This document shows positions 17,254 to 26,719 of a stretch of DNA of 26,719 nt, piece by piece. The notes beneath the pieces were generated by a model, which made no database searches, was not told the DNA's origin, and worked only from the letters and a program-made list of their open reading frames with translations. The first letter of the stretch is position 1, and the number at the start of each line of letters is the position of its first letter. The translations under genes were made by a program, and so were the position numbers. The DNA comes from Solobacterium sp. UBA636 (lineage in GTDB: Bacteria > Bacillota_I > Bacilli_A > Erysipelotrichales > Erysipelotrichaceae), in the NCBI GenBank assembly GCA_002299675.1, contig DBOW01000086.1, positions 438 through 27,156 on the forward strand. Reading direction: 5' to 3'.

Positions 17254-17982
17254 ATGTTTAAAGTTATCAAAGTCAAAAGCCAGGATGAGCTCAATAAAGA
17301 AGCCTTCAAGGTAATGCGTGCGGAAGTTAAACCAGGTGCAGTTCTTGGTCTGGCTACAGGTTCTTCACCTGTCGGTCTTTACAAAGAGATGATTAAGGAC
17401 CACAAAGAAAATGGTACAAGCTATGCTGATGTTACCACTTTCAATCTTGATGAGTATGTTGGTTTACCAAGAGATCACAGAGAGTCTTACTGGACATTCA
17501 TGCATGTTAATCTGTTCAATCATATTGATATTAAAGACGAAAACGTACATGTGCCAAGTGGCTTAGGTGATGTCGAAGCTAACTGCAAGTCATATGACGA
17601 GGCCGCATTGGCTGCACATGTCGATATTCAGCTGTTAGGTATTGGTTCTGATGGCCATATTGGTTTCTCTGAGCCAGGCACACCATTTGATGAGGGAACT
17701 CATATCGCAACACTTGCCGAATCAACAAGAGTTGACAACTATCGTTTCTTCAAAGATTTAAATGAAGAAGTGCCAACTCACGCAATAACTATGGGTCCTA
17801 AGACAATCATGGCAGCCAAGAAGATTCTGATGGTTGCCAACGGCAAGAACAAAGCTGCTGCAATCAAGGGAATGCTGGAAGGTCCTATCACAACTGATTG
17901 CCCTGCATCAATTTTACAGAAACACCCAGATGTAACTGTTATTATTGATGAAGATGCTGCATCAGAGCTTACAAAGTATTAA
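17254..17982 (+). CDS. nagB: Glucosamine-6-phosphate deaminase
   Basis: VLGLATGSSP, TFNLDEYVGL, LLGIGSDGHIGFSEPG, CPASILQKHP. AGGAGG RBS. Confidence 0.93.
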   Translation: MFKVIKVKSQDELNKEAFKVMRAEVKPGAVLGLATGSSPVGLYKEMIKDHKENGTSYADVTTFNLDEYVGLPRDHRESYWTFMHVNLFNHIDIKDENVHVPSGLGDVEANCKSYDEAALAAHVDIQLLGIGSDGHIGFSEPGTPFDEGTHIATLAESTRVDNYRFFKDLNEEVPTHAITMGPKTIMAAKKILMVANGKNKAAAIKGMLEGPITTDCPASILQKHPDVTVIIDEDAASELTKY

Positions 17983-17990
17983 TGAACATT

Positions 17991-18014
17991 AAGAGGTCTA
18001 AGGACCTCTTTTTT
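17991..18014 (+). terminator. Intrinsic terminator after nagB
   Basis: AAGAGGTC/GACCTCTT stem followed by a T-run. Confidence 0.8.
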
Positions 18015-18035
18015 AAAGCCTAAGCTTAATAGCTT

Positions 18036-18044
18036 TGGTATAAT
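18036..18044 (+). promoter_or_regulatory. Extended -10 promoter (TGnTATAAT) of dnaX
   Basis: TGGTATAAT ending 7 nt before the dnaX ATG. Confidence 0.7.
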
Positions 18045-18051
18045 TATATAT

Positions 18052-19653
18052 ATGTCATATCAAGTATTATATAGAACTTATCGCCCAAAACAGTTTAATG
18101 ATGTAGTTGGACAGGACTATATTGTTAAAACCTTAAAAAACGCTATTAAAACAGGAAGAATTGCCCATGCATACCTTTTTGCCGGACCAAGAGGAACAGG
18201 TAAAACAACGGTTGCAAAAATCTTTGCCAGGGCAATTAACTGTGAGAATTTCAAAGAAGAACCTTGTGGCGAATGCGCACCATGCATTGCGTCCACAGAG
18301 AACGATCCAGATATAATTGAAATGGATGCAGCATCCAATAACTCCGTAGATGATATCAGGAGATTACTCGATGAGGTTTCTTTTGCGCCAATTGTTGGGC
18401 GGTATAAAGTTTACATTATAGATGAAGTTCATATGCTTTCGGCAAGCGCTTTTAATGCGTTACTTAAGACACTGGAAGAGCCACCAGCTCATGTAATTTT
18501 TATACTGGCGACGACTGATCCACAGAAAATAATTCCTACAATTTTAAGTCGCTGCCAGCGTTACAATTTTTCAAAAATTACCAGAATAGATCTGGTTAAA
18601 CGAATGAAGACTGTTCTTAACAGCGAAGATTTATCTTATGAAGATGAAGCACTCGATGTAGTAGCTTCACTTTCGGATGGTGGAATGAGAGATGCTTTGA
18701 GTCTTCTTGATCAGATACTAAGTTATAATGATGAAGGTATATTCCTGGAGGACGTTCAGAAGATATTTGGACTTACTACTGTTGATGAAAAGATTAATAT
18801 GCTTATTAATCTCAAGACAGGAAATATTGAGGAAGTTATCATTAAACTCAGAAAGATGTATGAATCTGGAATAGATATTAAACATTTGATTATAGATCTG
18901 CTGGAGATATTGAAGGAAACCGTTCTGTATATTGATTCAGGAAGTGATAGACTATTAAAGACAATTAATGGTATATATGCCTCTAAACTAAAAAATTACT
19001 ATGATATCAATTCATTAATTAAGGATATAAATATACTGCAGCAGAGTCTGGAATATAATAGCGGAAGCTTAATCAATTCTCTGGAGCTGAGTTTTTTAAA
19101 GATGACTGAACACAGAACAATCAATTCTGTTATTCAGGAAGAACATGTGGCAGAAAAAACAACAGAAAAGAATATTGAGGAACCAAAACCTCAGATTAGA
19201 CAGAATAGAGACGACTATATTACATTCCTGGCAAAAATACTCTATACAGCCAACAAAAACTACAAAGTTGCTGATACGCTGATTTTCAATCGTCTGGAAC
19301 TTTACAAATATGACAGCGAGAAACGCAAATACTTTGAACTGCTCGATGGAACCGAATTCTTTGCGTCTTCGAAAGATGCTATTATCGTTCTGGGTCCATT
19401 ATCCAAGATAAATATGATTAACGATCCCCTGATGAATGAAGATTTATATAATTTCATTAATAATGAGTTTGGAATCGATAAAATGATTTATGGTGTAGCA
19501 GATGAAAACAGAATCGAACTGATCAAACGCTATAAAAACTTAAGCGAAGAAGACAAGAAAGATATACCTGAAATACATAAATACGAACTAAGAAAGACAA
19601 TCACTACTGAAGAAAAATTAAGAGAACTTTTCGGTGATGTAAGGGTGGAATAA
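18052..19653 (+). CDS. dnaX: DNA polymerase III subunit gamma/tau
   Basis: YQVLYRTYRP..F.DVVGQ, GPRGTGKT, C4 zinc motif, DAASN, IDEVHML, SRC. Confidence 0.97.
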   Translation: MSYQVLYRTYRPKQFNDVVGQDYIVKTLKNAIKTGRIAHAYLFAGPRGTGKTTVAKIFARAINCENFKEEPCGECAPCIASTENDPDIIEMDAASNNSVDDIRRLLDEVSFAPIVGRYKVYIIDEVHMLSASAFNALLKTLEEPPAHVIFILATTDPQKIIPTILSRCQRYNFSKITRIDLVKRMKTVLNSEDLSYEDEALDVVASLSDGGMRDALSLLDQILSYNDEGIFLEDVQKIFGLTTVDEKINMLINLKTGNIEEVIIKLRKMYESGIDIKHLIIDLLEILKETVLYIDSGSDRLLKTINGIYASKLKNYYDINSLIKDINILQQSLEYNSGSLINSLELSFLKMTEHRTINSVIQEEHVAEKTTEKNIEEPKPQIRQNRDDYITFLAKILYTANKNYKVADTLIFNRLELYKYDSEKRKYFELLDGTEFFASSKDAIIVLGPLSKINMINDPLMNEDLYNFINNEFGIDKMIYGVADENRIELIKRYKNLSEEDKKDIPEIHKYELRKTITTEEKLRELFGDVRVE

Positions 19654-20241
19654 ATGTATCCAGAAGCTTTTAATAAGACTATTGAAGAACTCGAAAAACT
19701 GCCAGGAGTAGGTCACAAGACAGCCTTAAGATATGCTTTTAGACTACTGAAAATGTCTAAAGAAGAACTTGACGAATTTTCCAGGGCGATAGAGGGGCTC
19801 TCCAGTATAAGGCAGTGCTCTGTCTGTGGTTTTTTAAGTGATGAAGAAGAATGCTTATTCTGTAAAGATGAAACAAGAGACCATTCAAAAATAATGATAG
19901 TAGAAACCAGCCAGGATGCGGTAGCCATCGAAAAGACAGGCAGCTATAGAGGCTTATATCATGTACTGGGTTCTCTTATTTCCTCGTCAAAAGGCGTATT
20001 TCCGGAAGATATAAAATTCGATAAACTTTTAAACAGGGCTGATTCAGTACAGGAAATTATTATTGCACTCAGTTCTACCATGGATGGTGAAATGACCTCC
20101 CTGTACATATCTAAACTGCTGGAAACAAAAGGAGTCAAAGTAACAAGACTGGCATCTGGCTTACCTATGGGTTCAAGCCTTGATTACGCGGATGATTTGA
20201 CTCTTATACAGGCTCTGACAAATCGAAAGGAAATAAAATAA
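19654..20241 (+). CDS. recR: Recombination mediator RecR
   Basis: LPGVGHKTA (HhH), CSVC..CLFC zinc finger, YHVLG, TRLASGLPMGSSLDYAD. Confidence 0.96.
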   Translation: MYPEAFNKTIEELEKLPGVGHKTALRYAFRLLKMSKEELDEFSRAIEGLSSIRQCSVCGFLSDEEECLFCKDETRDHSKIMIVETSQDAVAIEKTGSYRGLYHVLGSLISSSKGVFPEDIKFDKLLNRADSVQEIIIALSSTMDGEMTSLYISKLLETKGVKVTRLASGLPMGSSLDYADDLTLIQALTNRKEIK

Positions 20242-23200
20242 TGTTTAGAAGGGGTACTTATGTTTACGATTACAATCTGGGTTTTGGTGTAGTGATTAAT
20301 GCGGCACAGACCAAGGTCCAGACTGCTTTTGAAACCGGACAAGTTCAAGAGGTTTCACCTTTAAGTTTAAGTGAAATTAAAAAAGAAATTGTCGACTACA
20401 TCAAAAACAATGCTGTATACTATTATGAAGTTTCAAAATTTAAAGTAAACAATATCAGTTTTGCCCGTAACGGTATTTCTGGCGAAGTAAGAGATGGCTA
20501 TATTCAGCGTCCTACCATAGCTATGCAGCCAAACGGTACAATAAATGCCAGATGTTCCTGCAATGGTAAGCGTCCATGCATTCATATTAAGGCTCTTCTG
20601 TATGCATGCCAGTCAATTTTTTCAAACCTTGATGAAACAGTGAAAATATATGACAAACTTGACGGTTTAAAAGATAAACTGCTCAGCAAAAACCCTGAAC
20701 CACTGAGCTGTCTTTTCGATAAGAACTTCAGACTTTCCGACTGTCTGAAAATTAATGAAGCTTTAAAAAGTGAAGATAGAGAATATATTCTGAACTTCCT
20801 GGATTACATTAAACAGCGTCAGATGCCCAGCTCTGAAAAAGCGTCCCTTATTGAATGTATAGTTCTGAATAATTCTAATTATAATAAAATAATAAACGCC
20901 GATTATAAACATCACCTGTGCAATGACAACATTGAACAGTGCAAAGAAATCGTAGAGAATATTAGTAACTACGAATTTCTGGAAACAGAAGAAAGTTACA
21001 TATACAATTTTGTCAATGGTGCAGACTTAAAAACCATGTTGCGCAGCACTTTAGAAAACTATATCAGTCCAAAATATGATGACATTATCCGCTATATAGC
21101 TGAAAATACAGAAATTGATAAAGATATCGAAGAAATTTATGATGAACTTGCCAGAGACTACAACGAAGGCTCAACGGTAACAAGATTCTTTAATTATCTT
21201 TCCATAGATAAAAAGAAAAAACTGATGGACAACCAGGCACTGTTTCTTTACATAAGTTTTAAAGAATACCAGTCCCTAAGTGCAGAAGAAAAAGAGAAAT
21301 ACGCAACTAATATTAAGTTTAAAGACAGATCAGAGGTATCAGAATTTTTAGCCTGTCTTAAGACTTCCAAAAACTATACCTTTATTTACGAAGGCTTATG
21401 TTTAATTAAAAAATACGGGGTTATAGACTATTTTAAAAGTGACATAAATAAAATACTGAAACGTATGCCTGACAGTAACTATCTGGCATCTTACCTTTTG
21501 AATAATCAGTCTCTCTCCTGGAGATATGGCTACTACAATACAGCTTATATGCCAGGAAATCGTACTTTCTTTGACAGGATGGACAACTTTCTGTTCAGAT
21601 ATTTTCATCTTGGCCTCTCAGGTAACACTTATGAGGATAATAACCAGAAAGATGGTATAGGTTTCTATATGAATTACCAGTTGCTGGATGCTACAGGAAA
21701 TATGGTACTTAAGGTAACTAAATATGATACAGGTGAGATACTCTGCATAGAAAACCATATCGATGGCGAATACCGCTCAGAAGTGGTTGAAGGTTTCATC
21801 TATTATGCTGACCAGCTTGAAAAGGATAAAATTGAAAGATTTAGACAGGAACTTTTTGATGATGCACAAAAGGCGATACAGGAGAAAAAACTCAAAAAGC
21901 TCAGGGAAAAAATAAATGACTTTGATGATGCGTTCAACACCAGGAGTATCTCGTTGCGTGATGGGCGAAAAGCCTCAGTTGAATACATATTTAATATAGA
22001 CAGAGACGACATATTCTTATGCTTCAAAATAGGAATTGATAAGAAATACGTCGTTAAAGACGCTCACGGTTTCCTGCATGCTTTTCTGGAAAATAGAACT
22101 GTGCGCTATGGCAAGAATCTGGAACTGACTCATTCCCTGGAAAATCTGGAAAATAAAGATGCAGCAGTTATTGGCATACTCATGGACACCACACCTGTTA
22201 ACTACTATGATAGTGGTCGTGAAATGACCATCAATAAACATCTCTTTGAAAAAATTATCAATCTTCTTGCCGGTGAAACAGTAACAGTCGATGACGTCGA
22301 ATATCTTGTCAGATTAAAGAAGATAAACCCAAATATTTCAATTGACGAGAATTATAACCTTAATTTCAAACTGATTGACGGCAATTATACACTTCTCGAT
22401 ATGCAGGACAATATTCTTATCCTGAATAAAACAGACAGAGTTATAGATATCTGTGAAACTGATAAAGAAAACAGACAGCTGGTAATGTTCTCAAAAGAAA
22501 ACAATAATTTATGCATAGAGAGCGTTAAAGAAGAATTCAAAGACAAAATATACGCCCGTTTTTCTGGTTCTATTGAAGTAGCCGATAAACTTAAAGATGA
22601 TTTTAAACTGAATCTGCTGGATATTGATGCCTACTTTGATTATGACAACAAGAAGGTTCTGGTCGCAACCAAATACCGAATAAATGATAAAGAAGTAAAC
22701 GAAAGCCAGATAGTCAAAACCAACGACAGACGAAAATATGAAGACTATCAGAATATACTTCAAAGTTATGGCTTCAAGAACAGCGTACTTGCTGACGACG
22801 AACAGATTCTTACATTCTTTAATATGGATTTCAAAGATATTAAACGCTGCTGCAACGTTTATCTTTCAGAATCCATCAAGAATAAACAGCTGATTGCCTT
22901 CCGTCCAGGTCAGATTCGCATTTCCTACAACAACAATCTCATGTCAGCCTTCCTTGACGAATCACAGTTTACAAATTCAGAACTGGAAGAAATCATCAAG
23001 GCTTATAAACGTAAGAAAAAGTATGTTCTTTTAAAAGATGATCGTATAATCGACTTCTCCGATGAAAAATCCAGAGAGTTCTTTGACACGGTTGAAGATA
23101 TGGGCCTTAATGTAAAAAAACTCAAAGATGAAAACAGAATAAATATGGTACAGGGTTTAAAGGCACTGGCCCACGAAGAAAACTGCACGGTAGATGATTA

Positions 23201-24614
23201 TCTAAAAAACATGGTCAACGACATCACTGGTTTCAAGAAAGACAAAACACCGCTACCTGATATTAAGGCTGAACTTCGCGACTACCAGGTTGAAGGCTAC
23301 AGATGGTTAAAAAATCTATGCAAATATAATGTAGGCGGCATTCTGGCTGATGATATGGGCCTTGGAAAAACACTGGAAATAATTACTCTTATTGCCTCAG
23401 ACAATACACCCAAGCCAAATCTTATTGTCTGCCCAAAATCTCTAATTTTCAACTGGAAGAACGAATTTAACCGTTTTGCGCCAGAAGAAGAGGCAATTGA
23501 GATTTATGGAAATAAAAATGCCCGCGATGAAATCATTTCTCACATCGATCCTGAAAAGAAGGTAAACTACATAACCTCCTACGATTCACTAAGAAACGAT
23601 ATTGAATCATACAAATGCCCAATGAACCTGATGGTTATCGATGAGGCCCAGTACATCAAAAATGTAAATGCCCTTAAAACTCAATCGGTCAAACAGATAG
23701 AAGCTGCCCATAAACTGGCTTTAACAGGTACGCCAATAGAAAACAATATTATTGATCTCTGGTCGATATTTGACTTTATTATGCCTGGATATTTCGAGCC
23801 TCTTGAAAAGTTCAGAAACAAATATAATGCCTCTGAGGAATTTGTAGAAATAGTAGCCAGAAGAATTGCACCGTTTGTCTTAAGACGAACCAAAGCCAAT
23901 GTTCTAAAAGATCTGCCAGAAAAATTTGAAAGAATTATGTCAGCTGAAATGCCTGCGGCTCAAAGAAAAGTCTATGACGCCTTTAAGAAACAGGCAAAAG
24001 ACGCAATGAACGCAAATGGCGGCAAGGCCTTCGACATGCTGCCATACCTGACAAAGCTCAGACAGATCTGCGTTGATCCTGGACTGCTTCTGGAAAATTA
24101 TCATGGCGAAGCTGCCAAACTTGATCTCTTAATGGAACTGGTAAATGATTATCTGAAAGAAGGACACAGAATCCTCATTTTCTCACAGTTTGTAAAAGCC
24201 CTGGAGGCAATTGAAAAAAGACTGGAAATACCTTATTTTAAAATTACAGGTGATACCGATTCGAAAATCAGACTGAAAATATGTGAAGATTTCAATAATG
24301 GGTCAGAAGAAAACATCGTCCTTATTTCCCTTAAAGCGGGTGGTACCGGATTAAATCTGACTGGAGCTGATACAGTTATTCATCTTGACCCATGGTGGAA
24401 TGTTTCCGCTGAAAATCAGGCCAGTGACAGAAGCCACAGAATTGGACAGACCCGCAATGTTGAAGTAATCAAACTGATCTGTGAAGACTCGATCGAACAG
24501 CGCGTAATAGAACTTCAGAACAAAAAGAAAGACCTGATTGACCGCATGATTTCTAACGATGATTCATCGGTTGTATCAGCTTCTCTTGAAGATATCAGAT
24601 TTATTCTTGATTAA
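20241..24614 (+). CDS. SWIM-finger SNF2-family helicase/ATPase
   Basis: SWIM CSC..CIH, LRDYQ, ILADDMGLGKT, DEAQ, LTGTPIEN, LRRTK, SLKAGGTGLNL, DPWWN, QASDRSHRIGQ. TAATG coupling to recR. Confidence 0.93.
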   Translation: MFRRGTYVYDYNLGFGVVINAAQTKVQTAFETGQVQEVSPLSLSEIKKEIVDYIKNNAVYYYEVSKFKVNNISFARNGISGEVRDGYIQRPTIAMQPNGTINARCSCNGKRPCIHIKALLYACQSIFSNLDETVKIYDKLDGLKDKLLSKNPEPLSCLFDKNFRLSDCLKINEALKSEDREYILNFLDYIKQRQMPSSEKASLIECIVLNNSNYNKIINADYKHHLCNDNIEQCKEIVENISNYEFLETEESYIYNFVNGADLKTMLRSTLENYISPKYDDIIRYIAENTEIDKDIEEIYDELARDYNEGSTVTRFFNYLSIDKKKKLMDNQALFLYISFKEYQSLSAEEKEKYATNIKFKDRSEVSEFLACLKTSKNYTFIYEGLCLIKKYGVIDYFKSDINKILKRMPDSNYLASYLLNNQSLSWRYGYYNTAYMPGNRTFFDRMDNFLFRYFHLGLSGNTYEDNNQKDGIGFYMNYQLLDATGNMVLKVTKYDTGEILCIENHIDGEYRSEVVEGFIYYADQLEKDKIERFRQELFDDAQKAIQEKKLKKLREKINDFDDAFNTRSISLRDGRKASVEYIFNIDRDDIFLCFKIGIDKKYVVKDAHGFLHAFLENRTVRYGKNLELTHSLENLENKDAAVIGILMDTTPVNYYDSGREMTINKHLFEKIINLLAGETVTVDDVEYLVRLKKINPNISIDENYNLNFKLIDGNYTLLDMQDNILILNKTDRVIDICETDKENRQLVMFSKENNNLCIESVKEEFKDKIYARFSGSIEVADKLKDDFKLNLLDIDAYFDYDNKKVLVATKYRINDKEVNESQIVKTNDRRKYEDYQNILQSYGFKNSVLADDEQILTFFNMDFKDIKRCCNVYLSESIKNKQLIAFRPGQIRISYNNNLMSAFLDESQFTNSELEEIIKAYKRKKKYVLLKDDRIIDFSDEKSREFFDTVEDMGLNVKKLKDENRINMVQGLKALAHEENCTVDDYLKNMVNDITGFKKDKTPLPDIKAELRDYQVEGYRWLKNLCKYNVGGILADDMGLGKTLEIITLIASDNTPKPNLIVCPKSLIFNWKNEFNRFAPEEEAIEIYGNKNARDEIISHIDPEKKVNYITSYDSLRNDIESYKCPMNLMVIDEAQYIKNVNALKTQSVKQIEAAHKLALTGTPIENNIIDLWSIFDFIMPGYFEPLEKFRNKYNASEEFVEIVARRIAPFVLRRTKANVLKDLPEKFERIMSAEMPAAQRKVYDAFKKQAKDAMNANGGKAFDMLPYLTKLRQICVDPGLLLENYHGEAAKLDLLMELVNDYLKEGHRILIFSQFVKALEAIEKRLEIPYFKITGDTDSKIRLKICEDFNNGSEENIVLISLKAGGTGLNLTGADTVIHLDPWWNVSAENQASDRSHRIGQTRNVEVIKLICEDSIEQRVIELQNKKKDLIDRMISNDDSSVVSASLEDIRFILD

Positions 24615-24623
24615 GGAGTATTT

Positions 24624-26225
24624 ATGGATGACTATATTTATGTAACAGGACACAAAAACCCCGACAGTGATTCAATTGTCTCGGCCATAGCTTATGCCTT
24701 CTATAAAAAAACACAGGGCATAAAGGCAAAGGCAGTACGCCTTGGCGAACTGAATCCAGAGACAAAATATCTGCTTAAACGCTTCAATTTCGAAGAACCT
24801 GAGCTATTAACTGATGCCAGAAGATGCATAAAAGATATTGATATCGATGCACCCGACCATGTATATGAAGACGATATTGTCTATGATGTGATACAGAAAA
24901 CCCGCAAACTGAACAAAATGTCGGTCGGTGTGGTAGATAAAGAAAACAGGCTGGTAGGGTACGTCACCAAATCAAATCTGCTCAATGTTGGTCTGGGTGA
25001 TACAGCTGAAGGAATAGAACTTCTGAAACACACTTCGACAAAGAATATCGCAAAAGCTATTAATGGTCAGATAATTTATGATGACGATGACTTCAAAATC
25101 AATGGTAAGGTATCGATTATCACCTATTCCTCGAACGCAACAGCCAATTATGATATCAAGGAAAGAATTGTCATTATTGGCGATGATACAGCTGAACAGC
25201 TAAAATGCATCGAAAAAGGTGCCGGGCTGCTGATTGTGGTCTGGACCAGATCAATTGACCAGAAAGTAATCGGACTGGCAAAAGAAAAACACTGCCCAAT
25301 AGTGATTTCTGGACATGGGGCAATGAATACTTCCCGTTATATCTTCTTTGCACCTTCAGTTTCCCTGATAATGACCAAAGACCCTGTCTGTTTCAATCAT
25401 AAAACACTGATTGAAGATGTTTCCAAGAAGATGATGAAGACCAGATTTCTTTCTTATCCGGTAATTGACGATGAAAAGCATCTGATTGGTTATATTGCCC
25501 GTTATCACATTATGGGCTATAAAAATAAACAGCTGATTCTGGTTGACCATAACGAATTCTCTCAATCAGTGAAAGCGGTAGAAAAGGCAGAAATTCTGGA
25601 AGTAGTTGACCACCATCGAATCAACGATTTTAAGACCAATGCGCCAGTATCCTTCAGAAACGAAATAGTTGGCTCAACCGCAACAATTGTGGCAATGATT
25701 TTCAGAGAGAACAGGGTACCTTTTACCAAAGAGATGGCAGGTTTGTTGTTAGGCGCTATTATATCTGACACCTTAAATTTCCAGTCTCCGACAACTACCG
25801 TCAAAGACAGAGAAACCGCAATGATGCTCTCGGCAATTGCTGATCTGGATACAAAAGACTTTGCCAGAGATATCTTCAATAACCACACATCGGAAAAACG
25901 TATTGAAAACCTGCTGGTTCAGGATATCAAACTTTATGATTTCTCGGGCCTGAAGACAATGATAAGCCAGATATTTATTGACAGTTATGATGAAGATGAA
26001 CTGAAATACGAAATGAACAGACTGGTAGAGAAAAAAGGTATCGACCTGCTTACAGTAGCGGTAACCGATATTATGAAAGAAGGATCATATCTCTACTTTG
26101 CAGGTGAATATGCCAATATCTTCAAGGATAAATATAAAGAAGGAGAATTCATAAAACACCTGCTTTCCCGTAAACAGCAGATTGTACCAGAGATTGAAAG
26201 AGAAATTAACGATACAAATCTCTGA
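24624..26225 (+). CDS. ppaC: Family II Mn-dependent inorganic pyrophosphatase with CBS and DRTGG insert (CBS-PPase)
   Basis: GHKNPDSDS, LVDHNE, DHH, GSTAT, ISDTL, SRKQQ, with a central CBS-DRTGG-CBS-like insertion. Confidence 0.92.
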   Translation: MDDYIYVTGHKNPDSDSIVSAIAYAFYKKTQGIKAKAVRLGELNPETKYLLKRFNFEEPELLTDARRCIKDIDIDAPDHVYEDDIVYDVIQKTRKLNKMSVGVVDKENRLVGYVTKSNLLNVGLGDTAEGIELLKHTSTKNIAKAINGQIIYDDDDFKINGKVSIITYSSNATANYDIKERIVIIGDDTAEQLKCIEKGAGLLIVVWTRSIDQKVIGLAKEKHCPIVISGHGAMNTSRYIFFAPSVSLIMTKDPVCFNHKTLIEDVSKKMMKTRFLSYPVIDDEKHLIGYIARYHIMGYKNKQLILVDHNEFSQSVKAVEKAEILEVVDHHRINDFKTNAPVSFRNEIVGSTATIVAMIFRENRVPFTKEMAGLLLGAIISDTLNFQSPTTTVKDRETAMMLSAIADLDTKDFARDIFNNHTSEKRIENLLVQDIKLYDFSGLKTMISQIFIDSYDEDELKYEMNRLVEKKGIDLLTVAVTDIMKEGSYLYFAGEYANIFKDKYKEGEFIKHLLSRKQQIVPEIEREINDTNL

Positions 26226-26262
26226 TATCCTCTTGTAAAATGCAAAAAAAGTTAGATAATTA

Positions 26263-26285
26263 AAAAGGCTAGTTTTTAGCCTTTT
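26263..26285 (+). terminator. Hairpin after ppaC
   Basis: AAAAGGCTA-GTTTT-TAGCCTTTT. Confidence 0.55.
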
Positions 26286-26304
26286 AATATTGTAGGGGAA
26301 TTTT

Positions 26305-26719
26305 ATGAGTACAATTTTAATATCTTTATCACTGGCTCTGATTTTTGGCCTGGTGATGTCAAGAGCTGCGAAACTCTTTAACCTTCCGGCTGTAACTTCT
26401 TATCTGATCGGGGGACTTCTGCTTGGGCCTTATGCCATTGGTGCTTTCGGCATACCGGGGATTGGCTTCAATTCGCTGGAAGATTTGAACGCTCTGGCCA
26501 TTGTCACCCAGGTTGCCTTAGGCTTTATCGCCTTTCTGATTGGTAATGAATTTAGAGTAAAAGACCTCAAAGTAATGGGCCGTCAGGCAATTATTGTGGG
26601 TATTGCGCAGGCTGTAATTACAACCTTAATTGTTGATGCTGGAATTATTGTTCTGCACTTTGCCTTTCCAGAACTTATTTCACTTTCGAGTGCCATTGTA
26701 CTGGGTGCCATTGCGGCAG
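26305..26719 (+). CDS. Cation:proton antiporter (CPA2/Kef-like), 3'-truncated; absent from the ORF track
   Basis: ATG 26305 after AGGGG. Frame is open to the window end: MSTILISLSLALIFGLVMSRAAKLFNLPAVTSYLIGGLLLGP...VALGFIAFLIGNEF...IVLGAIAA. Confidence 0.85.
   Translation, partial: MSTILISLSLALIFGLVMSRAAKLFNLPAVTSYLIGGLLLGPYAIGAFGIPGIGFNSLEDLNALAIVTQVALGFIAFLIGNEFRVKDLKVMGRQAIIVGIAQAVITTLIVDAGIIVLHFAFPELISLSSAIVLGAIAA

Noticed and set aside
17640..17680. NagB GHIGFSEP instead of GHIGFNEP
   Set aside because: The catalytic Asp, His and Glu are retained; a single substitution is not enough to claim a changed function.
19150..19170. dnaX programmed frameshift (A-run GAAAAAAC)
   Set aside because: Not an A-AAA-AAG heptamer or A9 run, and no stimulatory hairpin is evident.

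Overview
AT-rich Bacillota-type chromosomal window; gene content suggests an Erysipelotrichaceae/Clostridia-like anaerobe (inference). From left to right: a 5'-truncated XRE-HTH membrane regulator, a complete T-box riboswitch driving gltB-gltD (glutamate synthase), an RpiR-like regulator, small accessory genes, and an amino-sugar (GalN/GalNAc-type) cluster (agaS, PTS IIA, AraC regulator, PTS IIB-IIC-IID, hypothetical, nagB). Next come a dnaX-recR-SWIM/SNF2-ppaC operon and the start of a cation:proton antiporter. The aga cluster is interrupted by a solo, apparently catalytically intact tnpB (IS200/IS605). Its omegaRNA scaffold is displaced about 380 nt downstream by an unexplained, highly structured non-coding element. 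That element folds better on the antisense strand and is bracketed by imperfect direct repeats; it is the most novel-looking signal here. Other notable signals are a probable Asp (GAC) specifier on the gltBD T-box, a leaderless dnaX, a RapA/PcrA-like Tudor N-terminus on the SWIM-SNF2 protein, and a codon-usage mosaic patch in PTS IIC.
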